Shown here: positions 61,489-64,000 of the stretch, piece after piece
Numbering within the stretch: position 1 is the first letter of the stretch
How the letters are laid out: the number at the start of each line of letters is the position of its first letter
From: Dudresnaya verticillata
Taxonomy: Eukaryota
DNA: 64,000 bases
Direction: 5' to 3'
NCBI GenBank assembly: GCA_977862235.1
Contig: OZ374559.1
Span: forward strand, 558,001 to 622,000
Made by a program: the position numbers and the translations under genes
The notes under the pieces: generated by a model
Told to the model about the DNA's origin: nothing
What the model saw: only the letters and a program-made list of their open reading frames with translations
Database searches by the model: none

Positions 61489-62381
61489 TGTCATATAGAG
61501 GGCTGGTGTCTCATATTTTCGGATACGTCAAAGATTTTGTAGCAGTATGGCACCGGCCAGGAACAGCAAAGAACAAGAAAAGACTGCTGTCCGGTATCAC
61601 ACGCTAATGGGTGGTAGCTCGTAGGAGGTCTGGTAGAGGCTTGAAAGGAGGCGGGCCCTGATGACCCGAAAGGGGGAGTGCGGAAGCACGGTAAAGACTC
61701 GGCGCGACCGACTGAGGGAAAATATAGAGGTTGCGACCAGGTATTTCGTAGAGTACTTGTCGTACGATGTCCGGGCCTGTACTGGGCGACCCCTGCAGGC
61801 GCGGAGCGTCCGAACGACCAAAAGCTGGAAACTTCCCGAACAACTCCGCTGAGTGTTTATTCTGAGGGCGCCGGCTATTCCGACGCCCATAAGTAGGGCT
61901 TGACAGCTGAAAAGTCTATCAGCCCGAAAGGGGGTCTAGGTTAGTCTGTGATTATAGTTACATAGGTTAGTACAGTCAGTACAAGTTAAAAGTGAGAATG
62001 CGTTCCAGTTAGGGGACTTGGTGGCGGATGCGCCGGGATACAATCCAGGATCTCGGCTGCACTATCGATACCCTGAGCTCAGAGGCGCTCCTCGTCCGTG
62101 AGTAGGAGCGCAGCGGCGCGTCATAAATCAGCCAATACGAGGTGTCCACTTGGCGTCGTTACAATGCCACGTGTACGCCACGTGTATAGCTGTAAGGTCA
62201 CGTGTACACCTCTAAGTCCACGTGTACACCTGTAAGTCCACGTGTACACACGTGTATTCCACGTGTCATCCACGTGTACAGCGATGAAAGGACAGCTGTC
62301 CTGATTAAGGGACAGTCTGTCCCGCGAAAAGGAGTGCGCTCTTGTAAGCCCTCCTGCTGACAGCGTCCATGCTGCCAGACA
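61489..62381 (-). repeat. LTR (893 bp) of a second, unrelated LTR retrotransposon in reverse orientation
   Basis: TGTC...GACA termini. GCCCCCCTCT follows immediately (PPT AGAGGGGGGC on the minus strand). CACGTG-rich segment. The partner LTR is not in the window. Confidence 0.65.
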
Positions 62382-62639
62382 GCCCCCCTCTGAAGACCGA
62401 AGCGGCCCGCGAGGCTATGATTGGCGGTTTCCGAATAGTAAATCTCCTAGGTGAGCGGTTGAGCGCCCAACGGCGGTCTGTGTGTCACGCCCGGTGGAGG
62501 ATCAGTCGGGCCAGCGGCCGCGTGGCCCCTTGTTACATGCGTGGCATCGCGGGCCATCACCTCAGTGTCCCAGCGCGCCCGTTGCGACGTCTCGGGCGTC
62601 GTCGGCTCGGGAGCGTTGCGGCGCACTAGTTTGCATGAG

Positions 62640-62671
62640 CCAATTTTGGCGCGGCTGCGCGGCTATATAAA
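62640..62671 (+). promoter_or_regulatory. Candidate promoter (CCAAT + TATATAAA) for the antisense ORF
   Basis: CCAAT at 62640 and TATATAAA at 62664, followed by a pyrimidine-rich leader. Confidence 0.5.
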
Positions 62672-63141
62672 CAGAGGGTTGCGACCCGATTACACCCTTT
62701 TGGGTTTTGGTATCGACAGGCCGCATCAGCTCCACTCTCCTCAGCACGCCCCACTGCGTTGCGCCCGTCGGATTCCTTTTATCTCTCTCTTCCATCACCA
62801 CCCAGCCACTGCTTTCTCAGCGCGCGCGCTCTCCTTCGGCGTCCACGGCCACGGCGCGTTCGCCAGTCACCGCCTCGCGCGGCTCCCGCGCGACGTGGGC
62901 TTCGTGCTAGCACGCAGCTGCTGCACAACTTCGGCAGCGTCTTGCTCTTCGCGCTGCAGTGCGTTATTTCACTTTGGACCGCGGCCAGTCGTTGCGCTGA
63001 ACGATTCAGGTAGGAGACCCTCAAGGTGCAAGTTTCAGGCAGAAGGCCGTCAGGGAGAAGATTTGCAGGTGGAAGAACTGTAGCGTTCAAGGCTCTCCGG
63101 TTTGAGTCGCGGCGCTCCGCTTCGTATTTTCATCGGCCAGC

Positions 63142-64000
63142 ATGGCAAGCAATCCGAACATTGCCCACGGGCACGCCGGGTCGAGCACGGCGGTGCAGGG
63201 TTTCAACGTTGATGCGGCGGGTATGTCGCTGTCCATTACGCGGAGTCGCGACTGGTTAGTCCGGATCGATTTGTCCCACATCAAGGGAACGGCCGGGGCG
63301 CGTCGCGAGGACATTCGCCGCTTCGGCCGTCATCGAGCGCAAGCCCGTGCGTGGGAGCTCAATATGCGTGACCGGATCGACATACTTCGAGGCACCAACA
63401 TCGGGCTTCCGCCGCTGCCAACCAGCCAACATTGGGACTTGGCCTTGGTGCGCTTGCAACATGAGCACCGCTACGCGGAGCGCCACTCTCAGATGTACCT
63501 GGAATTCTGGGATGAACTCCGGTTGTTTCAATCAAAGGGGGGCTACAGCCTGGAGGTCGTCAGCTTCGAGAGGCCGCTCATTCGCCCCGGCCGGGATAAC
63601 TATCCCTATACCATGGCGCGAATGTGGGATGAGACATCCAATTTCAAGCATACACTGGATAACCCGCATATGGCGATGTCTCGCGACCTTCTCCGCTTTG
63701 AGCATCGTCACCGTCATCGGACGGGGTGTTTCGTCCCGGCGCACTGTCAGGAGGTGGTGGCCATCAAGCCCGAGTTCTACACGGGGAAGTACGTCCCGAT
63801 CCCAACGGACCACCGCGAATACGAAGTCTCCTACTCCCTGACCGTTGGCACTCCGCCAGTTGTGGCGTATCGGGGCCTCGGTATGATGAACGAAAGTTAT
63901 CATCAAGGGGTCCTGTGGATGATCTTCCGTAATGAGTGGGTGGTCATGGTCGCCCAGACCTTCATGTACGAGGCCCGGCGGGGCTATTTGTACTACATTA
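63142..64000 (+). CDS. Open antisense accessory ORF of the second LTR element (at least 286 codons, runs off the window)
   Basis: Manual translation MASNPNIAHGH...FEHRHRHRTGCF...GTPPVVAYRGLGMM...LWMIFRNEWVVMVAQTFMYEARRGYLYYI contains no stop. Homologous to 13009-15339. Confidence 0.8.
   Translation, partial: MASNPNIAHGHAGSSTAVQGFNVDAAGMSLSITRSRDWLVRIDLSHIKGTAGARREDIRRFGRHRAQARAWELNMRDRIDILRGTNIGLPPLPTSQHWDLALVRLQHEHRYAERHSQMYLEFWDELRLFQSKGGYSLEVVSFERPLIRPGRDNYPYTMARMWDETSNFKHTLDNPHMAMSRDLLRFEHRHRHRTGCFVPAHCQEVVAIKPEFYTGKYVPIPTDHREYEVSYSLTVGTPPVVAYRGLGMMNESYHQGVLWMIFRNEWVVMVAQTFMYEARRGYLYYI

Overview
Eukaryotic, transposon-dense DNA. The compact, intron-poor genes and TE families suggest a red alga or similar, but that is inference only. 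The window holds three plausible host genes: two C2H2 zinc-finger genes (one with a 102-bp GT-AG intron) and a divergent TFIIA large-subunit-like gene. The rest is mostly mobile elements. These are a full-length but defective Ty3/gypsy element (6198-16610) nested inside two older LTRs, a solo LTR, and a pogo/Tigger element with TIRs and a TA duplication. There are also two decayed DUF7869/Sola-like transposases, a near-intact CRE-like RLE retrotransposon, several LINE pieces, two adjacent Mutator-like elements that each carry a Ulp1/C48 protease, and the start of a second, unrelated LTR element. The top finding is a large antisense ORF next to the polypurine tract in both LTR elements. The two products share aligned motifs (HRTG; PP-x2-Y-x-G; W-x2-F-x2-EWV; YY), which points to a conserved, unannotated accessory gene family. 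The 63-kb copy has its own CCAAT/TATA promoter candidate and is absent from the ORF track. Also notable are TAATG stop-start coupling in the CRE-like element and a Tudor + Ulp1 (+ possible PHD) cargo in one MULE. All identities were made by eye from motifs; no database searches were run.
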